From contig OZ244653.1 of the NCBI GenBank assembly GCA_965218795.1, positions 416,001-480,000 on the forward strand: 64,000 nucleotides of DNA, in the 5' to 3' direction. This DNA is from a bacterium (GTDB lineage: Bacteria > UBA8248 > JACPRG01 > G963555815). The notes beneath the pieces are model-generated. The model did not search any database, had not been told where the DNA came from, and saw only the letters and a program-made list of their open reading frames with translations. Each line of letters starts with the position of its first letter. Positions within the stretch are counted from its first letter, which is position 1. This document shows positions 10,292 through 20,361 of the stretch, one piece after another. A program made the translations under genes and the position numbers.

Positions 10292-11023
10292 GTGGGCGAA
10301 GCCGTATTTCACGTTTTCATTTTCGGGCTGATCACTGCCCTGGCGACGGGCCTGGGGGCGATTCCATTCGCCTTCCTCAAGGATGTGTCCGTCCGGACCG
10401 TTGCGCGCGCGGAAGCGATCGCCGCGGGACTGATGCTGGGCGCCAGTTTCGGCCTGATCATCGAGGGGACGAAGCACGGAGCTTGGCAGACGTTGGTCGG
10501 CGCCGCCATTGGCGTGTTGTTTATCCTTGCCGGTCACCGGTATTTGGAGGGCCGGGAGGTATCAATCGGGGACATTCGTGGGGGGAGCGCGAAGCAGATA
10601 CTCCTCATTCTGGGGATCATGACGGTGCATTCTTTCTCCGAGGGCGTGGCGGTGGGGGTTTCCTTCGGCGGCGGTGAGAAGCTGGCGGCGCTTATCACCA
10701 TCGCCATCGCCGTTCATAACATTCCGGAGGGGCTCGCCATCAGCGCCGTTATGCGGCCCAAGGGCGCGAGCATCGCGGCCTGCGCGGGTTGGAGCGTATT
10801 TTCCTCCCTCCCTCAGCCGCTCATGGCCGTTCCTTCATTTCTTTTCGTCGAGTCTTTTCGGCCTTTTCTGCCTTACGGATTGGGTTTCGCGGCGGGCGCG
10901 ATGGTCTTCATGGTCTTTCTGGAGTTGTTGCCCGAGGCCTACGAAAAGTGTGGAAAGGTCCCGGTGGGCCTGCTCGTGAGCCTGACACTCGGGGCGATGA
11001 TCCTCTTTCAGCGGTATCTCTAG
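10292..11023 (+). CDS. ZIP (ZupT/GufA-like) metal transporter
   Basis: ATGLGA, AAGLML, HSFSEG, HNIPEG, GFAAGAM, ELLPEA. Confidence 0.88.
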   Translation: MGEAVFHVFIFGLITALATGLGAIPFAFLKDVSVRTVARAEAIAAGLMLGASFGLIIEGTKHGAWQTLVGAAIGVLFILAGHRYLEGREVSIGDIRGGSAKQILLILGIMTVHSFSEGVAVGVSFGGGEKLAALITIAIAVHNIPEGLAISAVMRPKGASIAACAGWSVFSSLPQPLMAVPSFLFVESFRPFLPYGLGFAAGAMVFMVFLELLPEAYEKCGKVPVGLLVSLTLGAMILFQRYL

Positions 11024-12459
11024 CCGGAAGCCGAGGGATCGCCCAGCCACCGGGGCAGCGCGCGTTCACCGATCCCCGCCTTTTCCGAAATTTCCCTTCC
11101 GCGCTTTGTCGCTTCCTGAAGGATCCGCTCCCCGTCGGTGAACCCCGAGATCTGGCCGTCCTGGATGACGATGCGTCCGTTCACCAGGACGGCGTGGACA
11201 TCCGTGCCCTTTGCCGAATAAACCAGACTGGAAATGGGGTTGTGTGCGACGGTGGCATGCGGGGTGCGGAGATCGAAGACGGCGATGTCGGCCAGTTTCC
11301 CGGCTTCCAGCGATCCGATTTCGTCCTCCATTCCAACCGCCTTGGCCGCACGGATCGTTGCCATCTCCAGGCACGTTTCGGGGCCCATCACCGTCGGGTC
11401 GAGGTGCTTGACGTTTTGGAGCATCGAACACGCCTTCATCTGCTCCACCATATCTACGGAGTAATCGACCATGGGTCCGTCCGAGCCGAGCGCCACGTTG
11501 ACCCCCGCCCTGAGCATCGGGACGGTCGGGCCGATGCCTCCCCCCCGCACGGCTTCGCTGGTGGGCGTGTAGACGGAACTGCACCCGGCGTCCGCCATGA
11601 GGCGGATATCCGTTTCGGTGGCGTTGATGCCATGGGCGAGGATGTAGGAGGAATCCAGCAGGCCGAGCTGCATCAACGTCTGGACGTCGGTCCTCCCGGT
11701 TTTTCGCAGCACTCGAAGGTAACTCTTGTCGTGGGAGAGGGTGCCGCCCGAATAGTGAGCGGCGACCTGAAGACCATGCCGGTCGGCGAGACTTTTTCCT
11801 TCCGCCAGCAGCTCCTCGGATGTGACCTGCTGGTCGATGAAGATGGAGTTGCACTCTGTAACCAGCGCCATCCGGATGAGACCGTCGTGCGCCCCATTCC
11901 ATTTGGGGATCAGTCCGTCCACATAGGAGATTTCCTCCCCCAGGTTGCGGGGGTGGTTCGGGTTTCCCGGCAGGCGGCATTGGAGCTCCTTGCCGATGAC
12001 CTGGCGGAAGCCGACCTCATGGGCGGGCCGGGCGATCTTCTCGAGAGTCGCGTCCGTTGATGTCGTTCTCAAGTGATGGAAAGAGCACGTCGTGCCCGTC
12101 CCGAGCATTTCGATCCCCGCCAGGTAGGCGGTGAGTTCCATGTCGTCGTCCGTGAGATGGGGGACAACCGGAAAGACGACGGCGGGAAACCAGTCTTCGA
12201 TGAGCAGACCGTTTGCGAGACCCTTGAAGAGGTGGTAGTAGAAATGCTGGTGTGCATTGATCAGCCCGGGGATCACGATCATGCCCCGCGCGTCGATAAC
12301 CTCGCCCGGCGTTTCTCCCTTGTCCAGGTCGGACGCGGCTCCCACTGCGGAGATCCGGGTCCCCTCGATTGCCACGCAGCCGTTTTCGAATACATCGCGG
12401 GCGGGATTCATTGTGACGACGTAGCCGCCCTCAATCATGATTCGGTCAGATGGCGCCAT
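11020..12459 (-). CDS. Amidohydrolase, MTA/SAH-deaminase/AtzA-like family
   Basis: PGLINAHQH, GTT, LGSDG, MATIRAAKA, GSLEAGKLADI. Confidence 0.85.
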   Translation of the reverse strand: MAPSDRIMIEGGYVVTMNPARDVFENGCVAIEGTRISAVGAASDLDKGETPGEVIDARGMIVIPGLINAHQHFYYHLFKGLANGLLIEDWFPAVVFPVVPHLTDDDMELTAYLAGIEMLGTGTTCSFHHLRTTSTDATLEKIARPAHEVGFRQVIGKELQCRLPGNPNHPRNLGEEISYVDGLIPKWNGAHDGLIRMALVTECNSIFIDQQVTSEELLAEGKSLADRHGLQVAAHYSGGTLSHDKSYLRVLRKTGRTDVQTLMQLGLLDSSYILAHGINATETDIRLMADAGCSSVYTPTSEAVRGGGIGPTVPMLRAGVNVALGSDGPMVDYSVDMVEQMKACSMLQNVKHLDPTVMGPETCLEMATIRAAKAVGMEDEIGSLEAGKLADIAVFDLRTPHATVAHNPISSLVYSAKGTDVHAVLVNGRIVIQDGQISGFTDGERILQEATKRGREISEKAGIGERALPRWLGDPSASG

Positions 12460-13270
12460 GCCCGGAAACTCCCCTTCTTGGATCCAGTCTGTCTCTGAGA
12501 CCGTCCCCCAGGAGGTTGAATCCCAGGACGGTGACCATCACGGCGAGCCCCGGGAAGAGCGATATGTGGGGAGCCTCGAACAGCCGGAGGTGACCCTCTT
12601 TCAGAATCGTTCCCCACGAGGGCGTCGGCGCCTGTGTCCCGAGCCCCAGAAAGCTGAGGCCGGCCTCAGCGAGGATCGCCGAGGCGATTCCGAACGTCGC
12701 CTCCACCAGAACGGGAGACAGGACGTTGGGAACCAAATGCCTGAGAATGATTCGCGAAGTCCCACCACCCAGGGATCTGGCGGCCGTGACAAACGGCTCT
12801 TCCTTCAAAGCCAGAACCTGCGCCCGCACCAGCCTCGCGTAACCGACCCAGCCCATGATACACAGGGCCAGGATGACGTTTCGAAGTCCCGGTCCGAGTA
12901 TCGCCATCAGGGCGAAAGCCAGGAGGATTCCGGGAAAGGCCAGAAACACGTCCGTCAGGCGCATCAGGGATTCGTCCGCCCAGCCTCCCCAATACCCCGA
13001 AAGTGCGCCGATGATCACGCCGGCCACCGCTGAGATCCCCACGGTGATCAGACCCACGGTCAGGGAGATTCTCGCGCCGTGCGCCACGCGGCTCAACAGG
13101 TCGCGGCCTTTGCCGTCTCGCCCGAACCACCTGTCCCCGCCCGGTGGGGACAGCCTTTCCTCCAACCGTTGTTCAAAAGGGTTCTGAAGCGGCAGCCAGG
13201 GGGAAAGGACAGCCGTCGTGACCAGGGCGCTCAGAATCAAACCGCCCACCCAGAGATTGAATCTTCGCAT
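12446..13270 (-). CDS. Dipeptide/oligopeptide/nickel ABC permease (DppC-like)
   Basis: GRDLLSR, EAA-loop AARSLG, LSFLGLG, NLLGDGLRD. Confidence 0.93.
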   Translation of the reverse strand: MRRFNLWVGGLILSALVTTAVLSPWLPLQNPFEQRLEERLSPPGGDRWFGRDGKGRDLLSRVAHGARISLTVGLITVGISAVAGVIIGALSGYWGGWADESLMRLTDVFLAFPGILLAFALMAILGPGLRNVILALCIMGWVGYARLVRAQVLALKEEPFVTAARSLGGGTSRIILRHLVPNVLSPVLVEATFGIASAILAEAGLSFLGLGTQAPTPSWGTILKEGHLRLFEAPHISLFPGLAVMVTVLGFNLLGDGLRDRLDPRRGVSGHGAI

Positions 13271-13280
13271 TCCGAAACCT

Positions 13281-14204
13281 TTATTCCTCGAGCCGGATGC
13301 GCGGGTCGCAGCCCGTGTAAATGAGATCCGTGAGCAGGTTCAGCCCTACGTAGGTCAGGGCGATGGCCAGTACGCATCCCTGCACCAGGGGATAATCCCG
13401 CGAGGCGATGGCCTCGATGGTCAGCCGTCCGATACCCGGCCATGCGAAAATCGATTCGGTGATGACCGAACCGGACAGCACGGCACCGGTTTGAAGGCCG
13501 GCAACAGTGACGATGGGCAAGAGGGCATTTCCCAAGGCGTGGCGGATGAGGACGACCCGCTCCGCAAGGCCCTTGGCCTGAGCCGTGCGTATATACTCCC
13601 TGGGCAGAACCTCCAATACACTGGCACGGGTCATTCGCGTCAGAATGGCCGCCAGGCCCGTCCCCAGCGTCAGGGCGGGCAGGACCAGATGAGACCAACC
13701 CCCCCGGCCGGAAGGCGGAAGCCAGTTGAACTCCAGGGAGAACAGGCTGATGAGCAGGGGGCCCAGCCAGAAGTTCGGAATGGATACGCCCAGGAGTGCG
13801 CCTGCCATGGATCCGTGATCGACCCAGGAACGCGCCCGGGCCGCCGACAGAATTCCAAGCGGCAGGGCGATGAAAACGGCGACGGCCATGGCCGCCGCTC
13901 CCAGCTCCAGCGTTGCCGGCAGGCGTTCGAGGACGAGTGCCGTCACGCCCCTTCGGTGGTGCAGACTGTCCCCGAGCCGGCCGGTCATGAGCCCGCCCAG
14001 GTAGCGGAAGTACTGCTCGGCGATGGGCCTGTCCAGCCCAAGGGTTTTCCGGAGGGATTCGCGGTCCGCCGGGCTCGCTTGCTCGCCCAGCATGATTTCG
14101 ACGGGGTCGCCCGGAATGAGATGGATGATCATGAAGACGGCCGTGGCCACGCCGAGGACCACGGGGATGAGAAGCAGAAGCCGGCGGGCGAGATATTTGC
14201 GCAA
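13281..14204 (-). CDS. Dipeptide/oligopeptide/nickel ABC permease (DppB-like)
   Basis: PGDP, LPATLEL, YIRTAQAKGL, ESIFAWPGIG, RDYP. Confidence 0.93.
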   Translation of the reverse strand: MRKYLARRLLLLIPVVLGVATAVFMIIHLIPGDPVEIMLGEQASPADRESLRKTLGLDRPIAEQYFRYLGGLMTGRLGDSLHHRRGVTALVLERLPATLELGAAAMAVAVFIALPLGILSAARARSWVDHGSMAGALLGVSIPNFWLGPLLISLFSLEFNWLPPSGRGGWSHLVLPALTLGTGLAAILTRMTRASVLEVLPREYIRTAQAKGLAERVVLIRHALGNALLPIVTVAGLQTGAVLSGSVITESIFAWPGIGRLTIEAIASRDYPLVQGCVLAIALTYVGLNLLTDLIYTGCDPRIRLEE

Positions 14205-14207
14205 GGG

Positions 14208-15815
14208 TCAGCGGCTCCCGTTGGAATGATCGCGGACGAGACGTACGTCTTTCAGCGAGATCATGTCCTCATCCGGGTACAGGACAAACCCCCGTACACG
14301 CTCGTTCATGACGGCGATGTTTGTCGAATGCCAGAAATTCACGTACGGGAGATCGCCGGACAGGATTTCCTGGACCCGTCCGTAAATTGTCCGGCGATCA
14401 TCCAGGCCGAAGGTGGATCGGCCTTGTTCCAGCAGACGATCCAATCCAGGGTTTCGATAGCGCCCCCGGTTGGCGCCACGGGGCGGGACGTTGCTGCTGT
14501 GAAAGATGTAGTAATAGATGTCGGGGTCCGTGATCCCCACCCACGTGAGCGTGTACAATTGAAAGTTTCCCTTTCGGATGTCAGAGAAGAAAGTACCCCA
14601 CTCGAAGGAGCGGATATCGAGCTCGATACCCACCTTCCGGAGTTGGTCCTGAAGGACTTCGGCGATCTCGATGCGCGTCTCATTCTGAGATGTCTTGAAC
14701 GACAGCTTGATCCGCGGCTTTCCGCCCGGACCGTCCGGGTCGGGGTAGCCCGCTTCGTCCAACAGCTTTTTAGCCAGACCGGGACGATGGGCGGGTCGCC
14801 AAAGGTTCTTCCTGAACGCCCAGTGGGATTCCGGCAGCAGGCTGGAGGCCGGGCGGGCGAGGTCTCGCAGGAGAAAATGGATGATTCTCTCCCGGTGTAT
14901 GCCGTGCCCAATCGCCCGGCGAACCTTTCGATGGGAAAGAACCGGATCCTCCAAATTGAAGCCCATATACGTGAAGTTCGTGCCCGTTTGACGGGTGACC
15001 TTCAGCCCCTGACGCCCTTCGAGCCTGGGCAGTGAATCCGGCGGAACGGCGTTGACAACCAGATCGACGGTCCCCTTTTGAAGCTCGAAGATTCGTACAA
15101 TGCCATCCGGGATAATTTTATATCGGATCCCCGACACGCGGGGAGGCCCATCGTGATAGCAGGGGTTGGCCGCCAGAACCACCTCCTGATCGGTCTTGAA
15201 GCGGATGAAACGGAATGGGCCCGTGCCGACCGGATTTCGGCCGAACGCCTTGCCGGCCGCCTCGGCCCGGACGGGAACAATCGGCACAGCCATTTGCCCG
15301 ATAAAGGGAGAGAAGGGCCGCTTGAGATGAAAGACAACTTCGTGAGGAGTCGGCGTATCGATTTGGCGGATGACTTCAAAGCTCCCCCGCTTTGGCGAAT
15401 TGGTCCTGGGATCCAGGATCGATCGAAAGGTGTAGGCGACATCGGCGGAGGTCAGGGGTTCCCCGTCGTGAAAGACGGCATCCTTGCGGAGATGGAAGAT
15501 GTACGTCAATGGGTCCGATTGTTCCCAGCGTGTCGCCAGGCTGGGAATGATCGCTGCCCTTCGGTCTCTTCGAACGAGGCGGTTGAAAACGAGCTGGGTG
15601 ACACGCGCCGAGGCGACGTCAAGCGAGAATCGGGGATCCAGATGAGTGGGGTTGGCCTCGAGGGCTACTGTGATGGTTCCGGGGAATGACTCATGGCGGC
15701 CATCGCAGGAAATCATCCCCCAGGAAAGGGCCAGGAGGAGCCAAAAAATTCCGGCGCGTGCGAATCCCCGCCGCGCCTCTACACATGAACTTTGACGTGC
15801 GATCGACACCCTCAT
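14208..15815 (-). CDS. ABC substrate-binding lipoprotein, family 5 (DppA/OppA-like)
   Basis: Lipobox MISC, FHDG.PLT..DV.YTF, PVGTGPF, AKKLLDEAGY; start uncertain. Confidence 0.92.
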   Translation of the reverse strand: MRVSIARQSSCVEARRGFARAGIFWLLLALSWGMISCDGRHESFPGTITVALEANPTHLDPRFSLDVASARVTQLVFNRLVRRDRRAAIIPSLATRWEQSDPLTYIFHLRKDAVFHDGEPLTSADVAYTFRSILDPRTNSPKRGSFEVIRQIDTPTPHEVVFHLKRPFSPFIGQMAVPIVPVRAEAAGKAFGRNPVGTGPFRFIRFKTDQEVVLAANPCYHDGPPRVSGIRYKIIPDGIVRIFELQKGTVDLVVNAVPPDSLPRLEGRQGLKVTRQTGTNFTYMGFNLEDPVLSHRKVRRAIGHGIHRERIIHFLLRDLARPASSLLPESHWAFRKNLWRPAHRPGLAKKLLDEAGYPDPDGPGGKPRIKLSFKTSQNETRIEIAEVLQDQLRKVGIELDIRSFEWGTFFSDIRKGNFQLYTLTWVGITDPDIYYYIFHSSNVPPRGANRGRYRNPGLDRLLEQGRSTFGLDDRRTIYGRVQEILSGDLPYVNFWHSTNIAVMNERVRGFVLYPDEDMISLKDVRLVRDHSNGSR

Positions 15816-15955
15816 GAATCATTAGTATGGAGACTGGGAAAAACGGAAAGCAAGGTTATAATCGTTCCTCGGGGGCATTTTATTTCGTCGAAGACCCTAT
15901 ACTGCCTATACTAAAGGAAGCCGTCGATGAACCAATCCTGAAGATGGAGTTTGTC

Positions 15956-16513
15956 ATGTCCCTGAACATTTCTCGGAAAAAAATCATATTCGGGGGGATC
16001 CTCGCGGGCCTGATTCTGGCGGCGTGGTTCAGCCTGCCGCCGGCCCAGGGCCAGAACCTGCCCGGGACTGAGAACGCTCCTAAAGTGGGCGGCAAGGCCC
16101 CGATGTTCGATTTGGAAGGATTTGACTTAAAGAAACAATTGGAACGAGGGCCCGTCGTCCTCGTATTTTATCGAGGATTCTTTTGAGGAATCTGCCGCCA
16201 GCAGCTCGTGCAGCTGCAAGCCGATCTCAAGAAAATCAAAGAACTGAAAGGCGGGCTCGCCGCGATCAGTTCGGATCGTTTAGAAACAGCCATCCAGACC
16301 AAGACCGCCCTGAAGCTCTCCTACAACATCCTGCCCGACACCAAACGGCAGGTCATTCAGCTTTACGGCATCCTGCATCCTGACGAAGGGATCGCGCGTC
16401 CGGGCATTTTTGTTATCGACCAGAAGGGTTTTGTCCGCTTCCGCCACATCGGGAAGAACGCAGGCGACCGGCCAACCAATGCCCGGATAATCAATGCTCT
16501 CAAATGGCTCTAA
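15956..16513 (+). CDS. Selenocysteine-containing AhpC/TSA (peroxiredoxin-like) protein, UxxC, with signal peptide
   Basis: Tracked ORFs 15827-16186 and 16208-16513 are in the same frame. Joined sequence VVLVFYRGFF-[TGA 16184-16186]-GICRQQL matches FYRGxxCxxC. ARPGIFVIDQKG downstream; GGAG before ATG 15956. Confidence 0.88.
16201..16217 (+). promoter_or_regulatory. Putative SECIS element
   Basis: GCAGCT-CGTGC-AGCTGC perfect 6-bp stem; loop GU at +22/+23 after the UGA. Confidence 0.7.
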
Positions 16514-16626
16514 CCCACTGAGAAGCAGGCCGAAGTTTTTCTGTTTATTTGATTTTGTCTGGTTTGAGGACAGAAACGAACGGTTCTTTTTGGCCGGAAA
16601 AATTTCATGAAAAATGAAAAACGAAA

Positions 16627-16655
16627 TTGACACGCCCGTCTCTTTCTGCGAGAAT
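16627..16655 (+). promoter_or_regulatory. Sigma70 promoter upstream of the GntR regulator
   Basis: TTGACA, 17 nt, GAGAAT, with TGn extended -10. Confidence 0.5.
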
Positions 16656-16713
16656 TTCAATGGAAATTGTGAGTTGACGGCTGCCATTCATCCAGATCCG
16701 GCGGAGCGATTCT

Positions 16714-17403
16714 TTGAACATCGCACATGACAACCTGAGAGAGAAGGTCTACCAGCGGCTCAAAGAGTTGATCGTCAACGAATCCTATCCCCCCGGGTCG
16801 AGGATCAACGTTGAGAGGCTTACGCGGGAATTCGGCGTCAGCCGGACGCCGATTTGGGAAGCCGTCCAGAAACTCACCCAAGAGGGTCTGCTCGAGGACG
16901 TCCCACGGCGGGGCGTATTCGTGCTCGCCCATTCACCCGAGCGGGTCGAAGATATCTATTCGTTATGGGAAGTCCTGGAAGGTCTCGTCTCCCGTTGCGC
17001 CGCGGAACGGCGGGACGGCTCCGCGCTCCTTCGGATCCGCAAGGCCCTCGACCGTCAGGCCGGGTGCCTGGAACAGCATGACCTGGACGGCTGCATCCAG
17101 GCCATCGGCGATTTCCACCAGGGAATCGCCGCGGCATCGAGCCACGGTCAGGCAAGGGTGCTGCTCGAGAGCGTTATCAGCCAGAGCCGTGCCCTGGGTT
17201 TTCGTTCGATCTATTTTCCCGGCCGGCCGGTCAAGGACGTGGAAGAACATGCGGCCATTTACCGGGCCATTGAAGCGGGGGACGGCGACCTCGCCGAGGA
17301 CCTCGCCCGGGAACACATTCGAACGGTGAAAGAGAAGGTGCTGGAAAGCGTGAGGTTGGAATTGGAAGGATCCGGGAAGCGGGAGAGCGTTCCAGCGTCT
17401 TGA
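16714..17403 (+). CDS. GntR (FadR/FCD) transcriptional regulator
   Basis: FGVSRTPIWEA wHTH; FCD FH...EH..I..AI...D...A....REH. Confidence 0.92.
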   Translation: MNIAHDNLREKVYQRLKELIVNESYPPGSRINVERLTREFGVSRTPIWEAVQKLTQEGLLEDVPRRGVFVLAHSPERVEDIYSLWEVLEGLVSRCAAERRDGSALLRIRKALDRQAGCLEQHDLDGCIQAIGDFHQGIAAASSHGQARVLLESVISQSRALGFRSIYFPGRPVKDVEEHAAIYRAIEAGDGDLAEDLAREHIRTVKEKVLESVRLELEGSGKRESVPAS

Positions 17404-17462
17404 CCGCGCGGATTGTCCGGCCATGAGATGACGCGAAGTCGTCATGTTATTTTGGGGAACCG

Positions 17463-17954
17463 ATGGCAATGCAAGCGAACAGGCATGTCGTGGACTTCAC
17501 GCTGAACGGCGAGGCCGTTTCGGTCGAAGTCGACGTTCGAGAGCTCCTGCTTCACACGCTCCGTGAGAACCTGGACCTGACGGGGACGAAGGAGGGTTGT
17601 ACAACGGGGGCGTGCGGCGCGTGCGCCGTCATACTGGATGGCCGGCCTGTCAACTCCTGCCTGGTGTTGACTGCGTCCATCGGAGGTTCCGAGCTGCAGA
17701 CCGTAGAGGGCCTTTCGGAGGGTGAGTTGCTGGATCCCCTGCAGGAGGCCTTCATTAAATTTGGCGCGACGCAATGCGGTTATTGTATCCCCGGCATGCT
17801 GATGACGAGCCGGGCCCTGCTGGATGTCAATCCGAATCCGTCAGAGGATGAGGTTCGGAGCGCGCTCGCCGGAAACATTTGCCGCTGCACCGGATACGTG
17901 AAGATCGTTGAGGCGGTGAAGGACGCTTCAAAGCAGTCCGCCGCCGAGGTTTGA
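17463..17954 (+). CDS. Xanthine-dehydrogenase-family [2Fe-2S] subunit (CoxS/HcrC-like)
   Basis: GTKEGCTTGACGAC, NSC, QCGYCIPG, GNICRCTGY. Confidence 0.95.
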   Translation: MAMQANRHVVDFTLNGEAVSVEVDVRELLLHTLRENLDLTGTKEGCTTGACGACAVILDGRPVNSCLVLTASIGGSELQTVEGLSEGELLDPLQEAFIKFGATQCGYCIPGMLMTSRALLDVNPNPSEDEVRSALAGNICRCTGYVKIVEAVKDASKQSAAEV

Positions 17955-17979
17955 GGAAGGGATCAAGGGGGAATTCAGA

Positions 17980-20361
17980 ATGTCCACCGACTACGCAGTG
18001 ATTGGCAAGCGGCTCCCGCGGATTGACGCATGGGAGAAGGCCACGGGCGAAGCCGTTTACGTCAGCGATTTCAAGCGGCCGGGGATGCTGACGGCCAAAG
18101 TCCTGCGAAGCGCGATTCCCCACGGCCGAATCCTCGATATCGATACCTCGAAGGCCGAGCGCCTCCCGGGTGTCAAGGCGGTCATCACGGGAAAGGACGG
18201 CCCCGGCGTTTGTTTCGGTGTCACGGACGGCCCCATCGATCAGCTTCCCCTCCAGCCGAAGAAGGTCCGGTTCGTCGGAGACGAGATCGCCGCCGTGGCG
18301 GCCGTCGACGAGAATTCCGCATTGGAAGCCTTATCGTTGATCCAGGTCGATTTTGAGGAGCTTCCGGCCGTCTTCGAGCCGGAAGATGCCTTCTCGGACG
18401 ATGCCATCGAGATCCACGAAGGGAAGAAGCGGAACGTCGCCAAAGACTACCACCGCCAATTCGGCGACATCGATGAGGTCTTCGCCAGGGCGGACCATGT
18501 ATTTGAAGACGAGTATCGGACCCACTACGTCTCGCCGTGCCCGATGGAGCCGCACGGGTGCGTGGCCGATTTCACCAAGGCGGGCCGCTTGACGATTTGG
18601 CCTTCCACCCAGAACGCGCATCCCGCCCGGGAAAGGCTGGCCAAAGTCTTGAACCTGCCCGTTTCTCATGTCCGGGTCATCAACAACCATATTGGGGGGG
18701 CTTTCGGCAGCAAGATCGATATCGAGCCCCTGGAGCCCATCACCGCGCTTTTATCCATGAAGGCCCGCAAGCCCGTGAAGCTCCAGTTCAGTCGGGAGGA
18801 ATACTTCATCTATACCCGCACCCGGCATCCCATGATCATCAATCAGAAGGCGGCCGTGTCGAAGGGCGGCAAGCTTTTGGGGCGGCAGGTCCACATCATC
18901 ACCGACAACGGGGCTTACACGAGTCACGGTCACCGCGTGACCAGTCTTGCAGGGAACACGCCGCCCGTCTTGTATCGGAACCCGGCGTACAAGTTTGACG
19001 CCTATGTCGTATACACGAACAAGCCCTACGGCGGCGCCTACCAAGGGTATGGAAATCCGCAGTCGGCATTCGCCCAGGAGGCCCACTTCAACCGGATCTG
19101 TTCTGAATTGGGCATTGATCCCGTTGAATTCAGACTCAACAACTGTACGCAGGCTGATGATGTAACGGTATCCGGGGCCCAGGTGACGAGCTGTGAGCTC
19201 AGCCGTTGCATCGAGAGGGCGGCGGAAGGCATCGAGTGGAGCAAAAAACACGGCCACCCCGTTCTGGAGGATCGAAAAAAGAAACGGATCCGGCGGGGAT
19301 TGGGGATGGCGCTGGTCTGCCACTCGGCCAGCTCTATCGGTTTGCACGGCCCGGTGAACTTCGGTGAGGCGATCGTCAAGATGGCCGAGGACGGGTCGGT
19401 GACCCTCTTTTCAGGAACCTGCGAGATGGGACAGGGCTTGGGGACCGCCATCTGCACCGTTGTCTCGGAAGAGCTGGGAATCCCGCTTGAGAACGTCAAT
19501 CTGGTTCTCTCGGATACGGAAATTACGCCTCCCGATCTTGGCGTGTATGCCACACGCGGGGTCTTCGTCAGCGGCAACGCGGCCCAGCGCGCCGCCAAGG
19601 AGCTCAAGGGAAAGTTGTTTGAAAACGCGGCGGAGATGCTGGAGTGCAGCCCGGAAGACCTCGAGTGCAGGGACGGCTGCGTCTACGTCCGCTCCAACCC
19701 GGCGGCGAAGACCTCTTTGTCGCAGATTGCCCGGGATTGCTTCTATCAGCGGGGGGCCTCTTTGGTGGGGACCGGGCAGTACAGCTCGGAAGGCAAAGGT
19801 CTGGATCCCGTGACCGGTTACGGCAATTACTGCCCTGCATATATTTTCGGTGCGCAGGCGGTGGAGATTGAGGTGGACTTGGACACGGGGCTGGTCAAGG
19901 TGGTCAAGGTCGTTTCCGCCCACGACGTAGGGCGCCTGTTGAACCCCATCGGCGCGGAAGGGCAGGTGGAGGGCGCTATCTCGCGGGGGCTGGGGATGGC
20001 CCTGTCCGAAGAAATGGTGATGGAAGACGGAAAGCCCCTGAATGCCACCATGTTGAATTACCGGGTTCCGACCATCATGGAGATGCCGGAAATCGTCCCC
20101 ATCTTCATTGAGCAGGAAGAGCAGAACGGCCCCTTCGGCGCGAAGGGGATCGCTGAGCCGGCCCAGGTGCCCACGGCGCCGGCCATCCAGGACGCCCTGC
20201 ATGATGCCCTCGGCATCCGCCTTAACACCACTCCGTTCACGCCGAAGAAGGTCCTGCAAGCCATTGAACGTCAAGGCAAGGCGCAAAGGAATGGCAGGCC
20301 AGGCAATGACAAACCCAAGTCCGGGTCGAACGGCAGCAGCACGAACGGGAAGCACGCCTGA
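17980..20361 (+). CDS. Xanthine-dehydrogenase-family molybdopterin subunit (CoxL/HcrA-like)
   Basis: KATGEAVY, MEPH, GGAFGSK, EMGQG, GQVEG, GAKGIAE. Confidence 0.95.
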   Translation: MSTDYAVIGKRLPRIDAWEKATGEAVYVSDFKRPGMLTAKVLRSAIPHGRILDIDTSKAERLPGVKAVITGKDGPGVCFGVTDGPIDQLPLQPKKVRFVGDEIAAVAAVDENSALEALSLIQVDFEELPAVFEPEDAFSDDAIEIHEGKKRNVAKDYHRQFGDIDEVFARADHVFEDEYRTHYVSPCPMEPHGCVADFTKAGRLTIWPSTQNAHPARERLAKVLNLPVSHVRVINNHIGGAFGSKIDIEPLEPITALLSMKARKPVKLQFSREEYFIYTRTRHPMIINQKAAVSKGGKLLGRQVHIITDNGAYTSHGHRVTSLAGNTPPVLYRNPAYKFDAYVVYTNKPYGGAYQGYGNPQSAFAQEAHFNRICSELGIDPVEFRLNNCTQADDVTVSGAQVTSCELSRCIERAAEGIEWSKKHGHPVLEDRKKKRIRRGLGMALVCHSASSIGLHGPVNFGEAIVKMAEDGSVTLFSGTCEMGQGLGTAICTVVSEELGIPLENVNLVLSDTEITPPDLGVYATRGVFVSGNAAQRAAKELKGKLFENAAEMLECSPEDLECRDGCVYVRSNPAAKTSLSQIARDCFYQRGASLVGTGQYSSEGKGLDPVTGYGNYCPAYIFGAQAVEIEVDLDTGLVKVVKVVSAHDVGRLLNPIGAEGQVEGAISRGLGMALSEEMVMEDGKPLNATMLNYRVPTIMEMPEIVPIFIEQEEQNGPFGAKGIAEPAQVPTAPAIQDALHDALGIRLNTTPFTPKKVLQAIERQGKAQRNGRPGNDKPKSGSNGSSTNGKHA

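Noticed and set aside
9011-15035. Long antisense or alternate-frame ORFs (e.g. 9011-10207, 10789-12060, 13218-15035, also 31826-33289)
   Set aside because: They are shadows of well-supported genes in GC-rich DNA, with no family motifs.
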